Below, in pieces: positions 1 through 9,717 of a DNA stretch of 64,000 nucleotides. Under the pieces are notes generated by a model. The model had not been told where the DNA came from. It did not search any database and saw only the letters and a list, made by a program, of their open reading frames with translations. Where the stretch lies: the NCBI GenBank assembly GCA_043753995.1, contig JAYUVP010000058.1, forward strand, positions 1 to 64,000, given 5' to 3'. Origin of the DNA: Fibrobacterota bacterium. Lineage in GTDB: Bacteria; Fibrobacterota; Fibrobacteria; UBA11236. A program made the translations under genes and the position numbers. Each line of letters opens with the position of its first letter. Position 1 is the stretch's first letter.

Positions 1-99
1 CGCTGATATTTAAGGACAAGCAGGTCGAACGCACGCTTGTCTCCAGCCTGCACGCGCTCTACGAGTTCCTGATCGACCGCACGGTCGCTCATCAGCAGT

Positions 100-1494
100 A
101 CCAACAAATGGATGTACCTGTTTTATTCCACCAAGGAGGACTCGGCCAAAATCCTCACCCGTTATACCCTCGGCACCGATGGCAAGCTGACCGAGAGGAA
201 AACCCTCCTTAAGTTCTTCTATTCCGCCGCTGGCGCCGATCACGGGGGCGGAGGCCTGGGATGGGACAGCAAGGGAAACCTTTATCTCGGCACCGGGGAC
301 GACACCTTCATCGGGGCCTGCGACGGGTTCTCCCCTCACGACGAAAGGCCAGGGCGGCTTCCCTTTGACGCCCAGAAGTCCGCGTCTTCCACCAAGGATT
401 TCCGCGGGAAGATCCTGCGCATCACGCCCAAGGAGGATGGGACCTACACCATCCCCGCGGGCAATCTGTTCACCGATACCACCAAGGGATTCCCCGAAAT
501 CTATACCATGGGCAATCGCAATCCCTTCCGCTTCTCCTTCGACCCCAAGACAGATTGGCTTTACTGGGGAGAGCCCGGTCCCAATGCCACTGCAGACAGC
601 GCGGCCCGTGGCCCCCGCAATATCGACGAAATCAATATGACCAAGGAACCGGGCAATTTCGGCTGGCCGTATTTCATCGGTCCCAACAAAGCGTTCAAGA
701 AGTTCAACTTCGACACCCGTGTCGTCGGGGCCGAATGGGATTCTCTCAAGCCCGTCAATTCCTCCCCCAACCACCGCGGTCTGGACACCTTGCCTCGTGC
801 CCGGCCTTCCATTATCTCCTACGGATATAAACCCCTCCCCGAATGGGGTACTTATTTCGGCCCCAGCAATACCAACGCCGCCATGGTGGGCCCCCTATAC
901 CGCTTCGACGCCGCGCTCAATTCCGCCATCAAGCTTCCCAAAGCATTGGACAATAGCCTGATCATTTACGACTGGGGTCGCAGCTTCATCAAGTACGTGA
1001 AGATGGACAGTACCGGGAAGCCGCTCGAGATCGAGCAAGTGAAGGACGGAGCGCTGAATGATATGCTGCTGGAATTCGACGACAAGGGCAATTTCGTAAG
1101 CGCCTTCCAGACCAAGAGCATACTCCAGCAGCCGATGGACATCAAGCTCGGTCCCGATGGCGCGCTCTATGTCCTTTGCTGGGGCGAGTGGAATTACCCG
1201 CACAATACAGCCAACGGCACCTTGATGCGCTTGGAATATATAGACCCTACCGTGGGTAACCGGGAGGTTAATGCCTTCTACCGAGCCCGAACCTTTCATC
1301 GCAATGGCCTGGTCGCCAATTTCCGTGCCGCTCAAACCCTGGACATCCCGGAAGGGGTAAAAGGTTTCGATTTGTATGACATGCGTGGATCCAAGGTTTG
1401 GTCCTTCCGTCGCACGAATGCAGGGGATCAGGCGACGATTTCCCTTCCTTCCGGTCTTCCCCAGGGAATGTTGCAAATCCGGATTTCCAAATAA
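100..1494 (+). CDS. PQQ-dependent sugar dehydrogenase (GSDH) family beta-propeller with T9SS-like C-terminal domain; N-terminus missing
   Basis: Motifs HGGGGLGWD, GNLYLGTGD, GKILRITP, GNRNPFR, GNFGWP, GPDGALY. The frame reads STNKWMYLFYS from about 97, but upstream codons do not continue the family pattern and there are in-frame stops at 4-6 and 70-72. Confidence 0.85.
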   Translation, partial: TNKWMYLFYSTKEDSAKILTRYTLGTDGKLTERKTLLKFFYSAAGADHGGGGLGWDSKGNLYLGTGDDTFIGACDGFSPHDERPGRLPFDAQKSASSTKDFRGKILRITPKEDGTYTIPAGNLFTDTTKGFPEIYTMGNRNPFRFSFDPKTDWLYWGEPGPNATADSAARGPRNIDEINMTKEPGNFGWPYFIGPNKAFKKFNFDTRVVGAEWDSLKPVNSSPNHRGLDTLPRARPSIISYGYKPLPEWGTYFGPSNTNAAMVGPLYRFDAALNSAIKLPKALDNSLIIYDWGRSFIKYVKMDSTGKPLEIEQVKDGALNDMLLEFDDKGNFVSAFQTKSILQQPMDIKLGPDGALYVLCWGEWNYPHNTANGTLMRLEYIDPTVGNREVNAFYRARTFHRNGLVANFRAAQTLDIPEGVKGFDLYDMRGSKVWSFRRTNAGDQATISLPSGLPQGMLQIRISK

Positions 1495-1502
1495 GTGATT
1501 CT

Positions 1503-1571
1503 GCCCGCTACCGCCGATTTCTCACGGCGGCAGCGGGCTCTCTGAGGCGGCGCGGTAAGCGCCGTACTTTT
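1503..1571 (+). terminator. Two GC-rich hairpins downstream of the GSDH gene; the second is followed by a T-tract
   Basis: gcccgct-a-ccgccg / cggcgg-c-agcgggc (1503-1538) and cggcgc-ggtaa-gcgccg-tactttt (1548-1571). Confidence 0.45.
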
Positions 1572-1588
1572 CTCACCAGGACGGCAGG

Positions 1589-2944
1589 ATGCAGCTTTTT
1601 CAAGCCCATATTTTTTTAATCGTAATGCTCGTGGTTTCTGGCCCAGTCCAAGCCATGAAGGCCGCAGGCGGATTCCATTTTTTCGACGCACTCGATACGG
1701 CCAAGGTTCCGAAGCGGCTTTCCGAATCCGGGCTCTTCGCAGATATTCGAACCAAACAGCCGAATGATGGCGTGATTCCTTTTACAATCAATACCGCATT
1801 GTGGAGTGACGGAGCCGCCAAGATCCGATATATCATCCTGCCATCGGATTCGCAGGTCACTTATCGCAAGGATTCCTCTTATAGTTTTCCCATCGGTACC
1901 GTGTTCGCGAAAAATTTCCTGATCGATACCATTCCCGGAAACGCAAATTCCCGGATTTACCTGGAAACACGCTTACTCGTCCGTATACCTGATGGGCAGC
2001 CGGAAGCCTACTGGTATGGCTTCTCCTATCGCTGGGCCCGGGATCAGAGCGATGCCTTTTTAGTCGATCCGCAGACGGGGCTGGATACCGTGGTGCCCCT
2101 GGCCGCCACGACTGGAGGGTCGCCACGGGAAATGCGCTGGACCTACCCTTCCCGCGAGGCCTGCTGGCGTTGCCACCTGCAACGCGGTCGGCACATTCTC
2201 GGTTTCGCCACGGCGGAGCTGAACCTGCCTGCTTCGACCGGAATGGGAAACCAACTGGAAACCTTGGCGAACCTGGGAGTCTTTCGTGATAAGCCCGATC
2301 TCGTAGGCGCGCATCGGTGGAGTTCCCTGTCCGACACTTCCGCTTCCCTGGAGGCGCGGGCGCGTTCCTACCTGGCAGCCAATTGCTCCTTCTGTCATGG
2401 AACGGAGGGGGTCGGGGGCGGCGCGGGGGCGACCCAAAACTTTGATTATTTCCGCGCTGACTTCCCAATCAATTACCTCAACCGTGACGCCAAATTCGAA
2501 TGGGGGATACCGGGTGCACTTTTCGTTTACGGAGGGGATCCGGACCGATCCATCCTGCTTTATCGGATGGGAAACCGGGCCGATAAGCGGACGCAAATGC
2601 CGCCATTGGCCACCGTCCTCCCCGATAGCGCGGCCCTGAGTGTGGTCGCCGGCTGGATCCGTACTTTGCCTGCCCCCTCCGTGGCTATCCGGCAACAAGC
2701 CGGGCCTTTCCGGACCCATTTGCCGCACATACTCGCAGGGGAATTGGTGCTGCCCGTGTATGTCACTTTGGGAATTGCGCCTAGCCTTTTTTCGCCGCGA
2801 GGCCAGCGCTTCGATTTGAAGGCGGTGGGGCCAGGTCGCTATCGATTGCCAACCCTGGACGGACCAGGAATCTATTTGTTGCGGGCGGGCAGCGAAGTTT
2901 TCCGCATCGTCTGGACTGCAGAGCCTTATTCGTACTTGAGATAG
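1589..2944 (+). CDS. Exported diheme c-type cytochrome (SO2930/HNE_0200-like) with T9SS-like C-terminal domain
   Basis: Signal peptide; PKRLSESGLF, LWSDGAAKIR, FPIGTVFAKNF, LETRLL; two CxxCH motifs (CWRCH, CSFCH); QMPP; tail with LFSPRG...GIYLLR. Confidence 0.8.
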   Translation: MQLFQAHIFLIVMLVVSGPVQAMKAAGGFHFFDALDTAKVPKRLSESGLFADIRTKQPNDGVIPFTINTALWSDGAAKIRYIILPSDSQVTYRKDSSYSFPIGTVFAKNFLIDTIPGNANSRIYLETRLLVRIPDGQPEAYWYGFSYRWARDQSDAFLVDPQTGLDTVVPLAATTGGSPREMRWTYPSREACWRCHLQRGRHILGFATAELNLPASTGMGNQLETLANLGVFRDKPDLVGAHRWSSLSDTSASLEARARSYLAANCSFCHGTEGVGGGAGATQNFDYFRADFPINYLNRDAKFEWGIPGALFVYGGDPDRSILLYRMGNRADKRTQMPPLATVLPDSAALSVVAGWIRTLPAPSVAIRQQAGPFRTHLPHILAGELVLPVYVTLGIAPSLFSPRGQRFDLKAVGPGRYRLPTLDGPGIYLLRAGSEVFRIVWTAEPYSYLR

Positions 2945-4101
2945 CCGAAGACGGATTTATAGTCCAATCCTTTGGCGACTAAAGCTCCCCATTCCGGGCG
3001 GTCATCGCCGACTGTTGCGCGAATCGCGAAATGCTTTAGACCCACACTGGCCTTGGGGAATTTCACCGAGACCACCGGCATATCCACCGGTCGACCGTCA
3101 TTGTCCAGAGTGATCAAATCCTCCCAATCGGATTCCGGTGCATCTAAATGGGTATAGAACCACTGGTAGAAAAGTTGCTCCTTATAGGTTTCTCCGGCGG
3201 GGGATCGATAGGGTTGTTCTGCATCGCGGGTGGCCGCAATCATGAAATAGGAATGCCCGGGCACCACCTTGAGAGTGTCATAGTGGATGGCGATCGGGTT
3301 GCTCTCCGATAAGGTGGAGAAAAAGATCGTATCGGCTTTGTAACTCCCGATCTTACTGAAGTGGTTGATGCCAGCGGCATGCACATCAATGAAGCCAATG
3401 GAGTCGATGACCGGGTTGCGATTCACATTGGATAGGTAGGAGCCGCTCTCAAGCCGGTTGCTATACCGCACCGTCAGATTCTTAGTCACATCTAACTTGA
3501 ATCCCGGAGAACTCACCTTGGCCTTGACCTGCACTAATGCGACGAGGCCGTCCACTAGGGGAGAAAGCTTGTTCGATATCGTGTTCACGGAGTCGAGGGC
3601 TCCGATCAGGTCTAACTTTTTCAAGCCATTCTCGAAGGAAGTCATGCCTAGTTTTCTCAGTTCTTCCTTTTCTTCATCGGTGATATCGGACTCGATTTTC
3701 AGAACCTCTGGCGACAAATCGGTAAGCTCCAAGGGGTTTTTGCTGCCCTTGGGAATGACGACAGAAAATGCCAGGCCATCCGTCGAAGGATTTAGCTTCC
3801 CGTCGCCCGTTTCTAAATCGATGATTTCCGTGACCGTTGGGAAGCCGGAACTGGTGGCGCCCTGGTTCACCTGGTATTTGAGGCCGAGTTCCCAATCCAC
3901 TTCATACTTCTTTTCGGCATCGTATAGCTTCAGCTCTACCCTGACGGTATCCCCTGGCGCCGCTTCCGGAGGGTCGATGACGATGGCGAAGGGCCGAATC
4001 TTATTTCCTTCAATCACGTTTTCATAAACTTCTGGGAATTCGGCGCATCGTGAGAGCGCCAAGGCCACAAATAGCAGAATCAACTGGGTTGGTTTTTTCA
4101 T
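2926..4101 (-). CDS. Hypothetical lipoprotein, last gene of the TonB operon
   Basis: MKK + hydrophobic stretch + LSRC lipobox-like site; PPEAAPGDTV; 16 nt downstream of the TBDT. Confidence 0.7.
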   Translation of the reverse strand: MKKPTQLILLFVALALSRCAEFPEVYENVIEGNKIRPFAIVIDPPEAAPGDTVRVELKLYDAEKKYEVDWELGLKYQVNQGATSSGFPTVTEIIDLETGDGKLNPSTDGLAFSVVIPKGSKNPLELTDLSPEVLKIESDITDEEKEELRKLGMTSFENGLKKLDLIGALDSVNTISNKLSPLVDGLVALVQVKAKVSSPGFKLDVTKNLTVRYSNRLESGSYLSNVNRNPVIDSIGFIDVHAAGINHFSKIGSYKADTIFFSTLSESNPIAIHYDTLKVVPGHSYFMIAATRDAEQPYRSPAGETYKEQLFYQWFYTHLDAPESDWEDLITLDNDGRPVDMPVVSVKFPKASVGLKHFAIRATVGDDRPEWGALVAKGLDYKSVFGYLKYE

Positions 4102-4117
4102 GTTTCGATTCTCCAGG

Positions 4118-6811
4118 TTAAAATTCCGCCGTCAGGCCTAAGGACGGGAAGAAGATCGCTCCCACGGGCTTTCGCGAGCTATTGTCATAGCTGTAGTCGT
4201 AGATCTCGGGGCTATTGTAAAAGAAATAGTTGGCATTGCTGATATCGAGATAGGTGGAGAGTATCCAGTTTCGATACACGAATCGCTTATCCACACGAAG
4301 GTCCAATTGCAGGAATGGCCCCACCCGATCTGAGAAGGGCTCGCCCAGCTCGGGCACATATTCCCGGATCTCGCTATCGTAGAGAAATTCGTTATGGGTC
4401 ATAGAACGCAAAGGCGAGGCGGGACTGCCGGTGATGTATTGAAAACGGAAACCCGCCTCCCAACCTCGTGGCAGTCGCCAGCCGCCCACCACTTGCAGGT
4501 TATGGGTCTGATCGTTTTTCCATAGCACCCATTTATCCTTGTCCCAGCTCTCATTGGCAGCATAGAGGTCAGGGGCAAATGGGGCACCGGCTCGCCTTTC
4601 CGATCGTGAGAGGGAATAACTGATCCAGCCGAAAAAGCGCTTACCCTGGTCCTGACGCAGCATTATTTCCAGGCCATACATGCGGGCATCCATGTCCGCG
4701 ACATAGTTCATGTCCTTGCCTGTCACCGGATCCAGGCTGTCGGTGGCATTGGGAATATTCTTCTGGGTATTGAAATAGCCCTGAACATCCAAGGAAAGCA
4801 AATCAGAAATTTGCCACTCCTGACCGAGGGTGTATTGCACGGCTTCGGTAGGAGGCAAGTCCGGATTTCCGAGTCCCTCGGCTGTGACTCCAATGAAACG
4901 AGGGGCCTGGGTATAGGTCCCGGCGGATCCCTTGGCTGTCAGGCCCTGCAAGTATTCGAATCGGGTGGCCATGCGAAAGCTGGGCACGCCCTCCTCCACT
5001 TCGGGGTAATATTCGTAACGAATGCCTGGAAGTATAAGCCACTTCTCGATGGGGTGGATTTCCACATTGGCATAGGTCCCAAGCGTGCCGACATCCAGGA
5101 CAGCATCTTCGGCAACCACGCCTTTCTGGCTTAGGAAGCCATAGTCGAAATCAAAGCTTTCGAAGCTAAGGTCCACGCCTGGCTTGAAGGTGAGATACGG
5201 GTTGGCGTGATAGCGGCCCTCGTCCCGGAAACTGAAGCCCTTGGAATTCTGACCGTATTTGGCGGCGCCGAAAAAGGAAGCCTCGGTTCCTGACTGCACC
5301 AAGCTCAACCGGATCTCATTGCTGAAAGACGATCCGATTTTGGAATTGAGGCCCAATAGGGCCATATGAAACCAATCTTCGGACATGCCTTTCGAAGTAT
5401 TGCCGGACAAATCCCCGCTTCCGCCGCGAGCATCGGCAGAAATGATTTCCAAATCGTCACGGGAGAAGCTATAGGTCAGGAAACCTTGGTTTTGCTTATT
5501 GATATTCCAATCCAGCCTGGCATAGGCATCACGGTATAAAGGTGCCACCGTGGTGGCTTGGCCCTGGGTCGCCGACTTAATGACATCTCCGATATAGCTG
5601 TAAGTGCCGGAGACTTGTAAGGCCAGGTTTTCCGAAAGCGGGCCCTCCACGCGACCGCCGGCATCCATCAGGTTGATATCCACCTTTCCATGCCATCGAT
5701 CTTTTAAGGCGGGACGTCCCTTCACTTCTACCACGCCGCCGACGGCGCCGCCATAGCGGGTACTGAAGCCCCCGGGATACATGTCGATGGAGGAGAGGAG
5801 GTCGGAGTTGTAGAGAGATCGGATGGCGCCGAAATGGAAGAGTCGGATCACTGGAACTCCGTCCAGCAGGAAGCGCGAGTCTTCCGGACCTGCTCCACGA
5901 ATCAAGATTTCTCCGCTGATGAAAGGCGGCCGAGCCACGCCCGGAAGCGCCCTCACCACCTTGATGGCATCGCCGCCGAAGCCGGGCACCTTTTTGACTT
6001 CCGCTGCGGAAAGGCTGGTCTTGGCCACTTCCTCTCGCTCCGCTTTGCCATGCACTACGATTTCATATTCATCATAGGTATCACGGCGGATACGGTAGTC
6101 CATCTCGACAAGCTTACCGGGGAGCACGATCTCTCGGAAGGAAGCGAGTTGAAATCCGGTCACGGGAAAGCTCACCTGGATGGAACAAGCAGGCAGGGAT
6201 TTGAATGAGAAATAGCCTTGAGCATCGGTGGTGGTGACGAGCCTACCGTCTTCCAGGTTTTGGCCGGGGAGAGATCCCAATCTCACCAGGTATTGGCTGA
6301 AGGGCATATTGAGACTTTTATCCAGGATCGTGTCCAGAATTTCCACCACCACCATGGCCTCCGCAATGGGAGCGCGAGTACCTTTTTCCCGCAACCGTCC
6401 TTTGAAATTGACTTGGGCCTCCAACGGGACATCCACGCTGTCGAGCTTGAAGGCGTAGGTGTATTCGATAGCGACCGGAACCGCTTGACCATTCGCAGAA
6501 GCAGGTGAGAATTCGAATTGGCGAATGGCATGCAAGGCCGCCGAATCAAGATCAGGACGTATGCCCGCCATCACTCTGGCGGAATCCACCAGGCCATTCT
6601 GGTTGATAGACACTTCCAACTTGACCATTCCCTGAGCGCCCGCTTTGAAGGCCTCTTCGGGATAAGCAGCCTGGATGAATTTCTTCACCGCAGGCATGCT
6701 ATCCGCCGGAGCTGGGGCGGTCGAGATTATTTCTTCCGCTTGGATATTTCCCGCAGCCATAAAAATCGCGGCCATCAAAGGGAATAGAAGGAGGGGATGC
6801 ACTTGTCTCAT
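4118..6811 (-). CDS. TonB-dependent receptor with N-terminal TonB_C domain and carboxypeptidase-regulatory-like domain
   Basis: N-terminal YPEEA...GMVKLEVSINQNG...LDSAALHAIRQFEFSPA...G.AVPV (TonB_C); plug VRALPGV, ILIRG, LDGVP, YPGGFSTRYGGAVGGVV; C-terminal Phe (GLTAEF). Confidence 0.9.
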   Translation of the reverse strand: MRQVHPLLLFPLMAAIFMAAGNIQAEEIISTAPAPADSMPAVKKFIQAAYPEEAFKAGAQGMVKLEVSINQNGLVDSARVMAGIRPDLDSAALHAIRQFEFSPASANGQAVPVAIEYTYAFKLDSVDVPLEAQVNFKGRLREKGTRAPIAEAMVVVEILDTILDKSLNMPFSQYLVRLGSLPGQNLEDGRLVTTTDAQGYFSFKSLPACSIQVSFPVTGFQLASFREIVLPGKLVEMDYRIRRDTYDEYEIVVHGKAEREEVAKTSLSAAEVKKVPGFGGDAIKVVRALPGVARPPFISGEILIRGAGPEDSRFLLDGVPVIRLFHFGAIRSLYNSDLLSSIDMYPGGFSTRYGGAVGGVVEVKGRPALKDRWHGKVDINLMDAGGRVEGPLSENLALQVSGTYSYIGDVIKSATQGQATTVAPLYRDAYARLDWNINKQNQGFLTYSFSRDDLEIISADARGGSGDLSGNTSKGMSEDWFHMALLGLNSKIGSSFSNEIRLSLVQSGTEASFFGAAKYGQNSKGFSFRDEGRYHANPYLTFKPGVDLSFESFDFDYGFLSQKGVVAEDAVLDVGTLGTYANVEIHPIEKWLILPGIRYEYYPEVEEGVPSFRMATRFEYLQGLTAKGSAGTYTQAPRFIGVTAEGLGNPDLPPTEAVQYTLGQEWQISDLLSLDVQGYFNTQKNIPNATDSLDPVTGKDMNYVADMDARMYGLEIMLRQDQGKRFFGWISYSLSRSERRAGAPFAPDLYAANESWDKDKWVLWKNDQTHNLQVVGGWRLPRGWEAGFRFQYITGSPASPLRSMTHNEFLYDSEIREYVPELGEPFSDRVGPFLQLDLRVDKRFVYRNWILSTYLDISNANYFFYNSPEIYDYSYDNSSRKPVGAIFFPSLGLTAEF

Positions 6812-6819
6812 GGGGATTC

Positions 6820-7611
6820 CTATTCGTGCAATTCGTAACTGAAGGTGAAGGGGATCCAGACGGCCACCGGGGTGCCGTCTAAAGTGCCGGGCTCGAACTT
6901 GACTTGCTTGAGTGCGCGGAGGGACGCCTCTCGTGTGCCATAGCCGATATCCTGGAGGATTTCGACCTTGGCCACCTGGCCATCGCTATCGACCAATAAC
7001 CGGGCTTTCACCTTGCCCGCAATGCCGGCCTGGCGCATCTCCGGGGTATAGTCCGGCTTCGTAGCGACTCGGACCGTGGGCATCCTTGTAACTCTTGTCA
7101 CGGAAACCAGTTTTCCCTTCAAGGGATCCTCAGCCGGTTTTATCTCCGGGGGTGGAGGCGGGATCACGCTGTCGGCCTTGGTATTCACGGTATTGCCCAT
7201 GGCCACGGCCATATCGCTCTTTTCCCCCAGGTCATCCTCGTCTAGTCCGAATTGCGGAGGCGGTGGTTCTGGGGGCTTCTCTTCGATGGGCTTTGTCGCA
7301 GGCTTTGGAGCTGGCTTGGGGGGCTCTGGGGGCGGTGGTTCAGGAGGCTTGATTTCGGGAGGCTTGGGAGGTTCCAGCATTTCCGCATCCACCAGAAATG
7401 GCTTGTCTTCGGGAACATCTTGTCTCATAGTCGGCCACAAAGCAGAGGCGAGAATGAGGGTCGCTGCTGCTGAAACGAATACTTTGGGCCCGGTGCTTTC
7501 CCGGATCGGCGCCACGTTGGAAAGGTTAAAGCTGACGGCGGAGAACCGACCGCTTTTGGGTTTCCGAGGGGCACGAGGGCTTCCCGAAACCTTTTTGTAT
7601 CGAGTGATCAC
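6820..7611 (-). CDS. tonB: Energy transducer TonB
   Basis: TM anchor, Pro-rich linker (EPPKPPEIKPPEPPPP), TonB_C domain (PDYTPEMRQAGIAGKV...FEPG..DGTPVAV); start overlaps exbD stop. Confidence 0.9.
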   Translation of the reverse strand: MITRYKKVSGSPRAPRKPKSGRFSAVSFNLSNVAPIRESTGPKVFVSAAATLILASALWPTMRQDVPEDKPFLVDAEMLEPPKPPEIKPPEPPPPEPPKPAPKPATKPIEEKPPEPPPPQFGLDEDDLGEKSDMAVAMGNTVNTKADSVIPPPPPEIKPAEDPLKGKLVSVTRVTRMPTVRVATKPDYTPEMRQAGIAGKVKARLLVDSDGQVAKVEILQDIGYGTREASLRALKQVKFEPGTLDGTPVAVWIPFTFSYELHE

Positions 7612-8018
7612 TCTTGCCTCGATACCTTGAGGGCGTATTTATGAACACCCGCGCCGCGCACCCAGTCCAATAGCCGAACCACGTCTTGGTAGGGCAAGCC
7701 TTGGTCGGCGGCGATGAGTACTTGGTGGGTCGAGTCGCGGCTGACCTTCTCCCGTAACATGGCCGTGACCTGCGCCGAATCGGAGGCGAGCCCGTCCAGG
7801 AAAACCTTTTTGTCGAGGGTCATGGAAAGGCCCGAAGCTTTAGGTGCTTCCTCACCGGCATGGGCGGCCTTGGGAATGCTCACGGGAATTTCCCGGTGTT
7901 CGAGCAAAGAAGAGGAAATCATGACGAGGATCAAAAGCACAAGGAATACGTCCACCAGGGGCGTGATATTGATACTTGTGATTCCGTCTTCGTCCTCAGC
8001 GCCGGCTGCGGAGGCCAT
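7608..8018 (-). CDS. exbD: Biopolymer transport protein ExbD/TolR
   Basis: INITPLVDVFLVLLI motif; IAADQGLPYQDVV. Confidence 0.92.
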   Translation of the reverse strand: MASAAGAEDEDGITSINITPLVDVFLVLLILVMISSSLLEHREIPVSIPKAAHAGEEAPKASGLSMTLDKKVFLDGLASDSAQVTAMLREKVSRDSTHQVLIAADQGLPYQDVVRLLDWVRGAGVHKYALKVSRQE

Positions 8019-8653
8019 CAGAATATTTCCTTGGCCACGGACTGATAGCTGCGAGCCATGAGAAGCCCGCGGATTTCGCCCAAAGATTTCAAAGTCTTGC
8101 GGATGCGGGTCTTGAGTACGTTGTAGAGCACTACGGCAGGAATGGCTACCATGAGGCCCGCCGCCGTTGCAATCAGGGCCCCGGAAATGGCGGACATCAC
8201 TTCGACTCCGCCGGCGCCATCCTCGGCCATGCGGCGGAAGGCCGACAGAATGCCGATAACCGTGCCGGTCAATCCCAGGAAGGGGGCATTGGCGCCCACC
8301 GTGCCTAGGAACTGTGCGCCGCGCTCCAAGCTTTCCCGCTCGCGGCCTTCTTGGGTTTCTAGGACTTTGTCCAGGGCTTCGGGACAGAGATGGGCATTGG
8401 CTAGCCCCAGCTTGACCATGCGCTCGGCGGCGGACGCCTCGTCGGATCCGGCGGGCGCGCTCGATGCTGTCAGATCGCCGGTGAGCGCGCGCGCCAGCTT
8501 GTCGAGCCAGGGAGTGGCGGCGCTGCGGACCTTACTCACGGCCTTCCAGCGCCAGGCGAAGAGTAGGAGGCAAGCCAATCCCAAGACCAGCAACAAACCC
8601 AAAATGCCGAACTCGACGGATTTCAAAACTGTTTCGGACGTGATGCGCGTCAT
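8018..8653 (-). CDS. exbB: MotA/TolQ/ExbB proton channel
   Basis: LGTVGANAPFLGLTGTVIGI, ISGALIATAAGLMVAIPA; ATG at 8653 preferred over GTG at 8743. Confidence 0.9.
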   Translation of the reverse strand: MTRITSETVLKSVEFGILGLLLVLGLACLLLFAWRWKAVSKVRSAATPWLDKLARALTGDLTASSAPAGSDEASAAERMVKLGLANAHLCPEALDKVLETQEGRERESLERGAQFLGTVGANAPFLGLTGTVIGILSAFRRMAEDGAGGVEVMSAISGALIATAAGLMVAIPAVVLYNVLKTRIRKTLKSLGEIRGLLMARSYQSVAKEIF

Positions 8654-8997
8654 GATAGGATGGGTCTTTCCGTGATGCAGGCAGTCAGGGCGGTCTGATG
8701 CTTGGACTTTGGATTGAACACCGGGATTCCGGGAAAGTGTCACCGGTCAGATTAAGTCGTGGAAGGGCGGTATTGGATTCCCCTGCCGGCTAGCCGTTGG
8801 CAGGGAAAAACCCCTGACGGCGCGAATGCCTGGAGGCCAGGGTAATACCCAGGTTACGGGCGCCGGCGCCCGCAGGGGAAGGCGAGGGGAAAAGGGATGG
8901 ATGTTTCGTGCGATGGAGGGGAATGAATATTCGATTTACCTATGCCAAATAGGACACACCCATCTCGCGTTTCATTCAAAATTCCTATTTCATCCCC

Positions 8998-9717
8998 TCA
9001 GGCGGGCTTATGCACATAGATATTGGTGGCGACGACGATCCCATCCACCTGGGTTTCCACTTTATTTAATTTCGGCTCTATTTGAATTCGCTTGAACTCC
9101 ACTTTTCGCGGCTGAACAGGTTGTTCCGTATGGACTTCGCCAATTAAATGATTGTCTTGCACACGTAGACTAAAAGAGAGAGGGAAGTCATAAGGGTTAC
9201 TTAGGCGCAAATCCTTACTGCCCCAAACAACCGTTGAGTCGGCACCCAAAGGGGTAAAGCGCAAATGCTCTTCATAAATATCAATGCTGTGGGGATGGCG
9301 CTCCCGTATTTCAAGGCCAGCAAGCAGGGATAAATGGTATAGGATGGAAGACACTTGGCATAAACCACCCCCAATTTGGGCGCTAATTTCGCCGTTGACC
9401 AAATTTCTTCCCTTGCAGAAGCCATTTTTTTTAGTTGGACGGCCGAGGCTATGCCAAAAGGACCAATTTTGTTTTTTGCCAATCGATCCGACCGACAATA
9501 AAGCGCATCCGCGGGAAATATTCTTGATTTTATTTTCATAATAACTGCCGCGTACTATCGGTTGAATGAGTTGTATCGGAGACGTCGATTTGATGGCTAA
9601 TACATTGCTATCAAAGTGAGTTCCATTTTTTCTGTCTCGGTTTATCCGTTGAATATGTTTGAATTCCTGGCGAATTCCCAAGGGAATAAATCGTCTGCAC
9701 GCCGAAACGAAATTCAT
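8998..9717 (-). CDS. VanW family protein (short, no obvious signal peptide)
   Basis: SFWHSLG, GGGLCQVSSILY, ERHPHS, GADSTVVWGSKDLRLSNPY. Confidence 0.85.
   Translation of the reverse strand: MNFVSACRRFIPLGIRQEFKHIQRINRDRKNGTHFDSNVLAIKSTSPIQLIQPIVRGSYYENKIKNISRGCALLSVGSIGKKQNWSFWHSLGRPTKKNGFCKGRNLVNGEISAQIGGGLCQVSSILYHLSLLAGLEIRERHPHSIDIYEEHLRFTPLGADSTVVWGSKDLRLSNPYDFPLSFSLRVQDNHLIGEVHTEQPVQPRKVEFKRIQIEPKLNKVETQVDGIVVATNIYVHKPA

Noticed and set aside
10..774. 254-aa minus-strand ORF, and similar long antisense ORFs (895-1476, 18244-18915, 43944-44570, 44820-45545)
   Set aside because: Antisense frames of well-supported GC3-rich genes.
8660..8900. Cobalamin riboswitch upstream of the TonB operon
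   Set aside because: Only a vague ggaatcccggtg resemblance; no convincing B12 box or CCCGC-ACTGT core. Kept only as an unassigned structured leader.
8998..9717. Vancomycin resistance locus
   Set aside because: VanW alone; no vanHAX or vanRS genes in the window.
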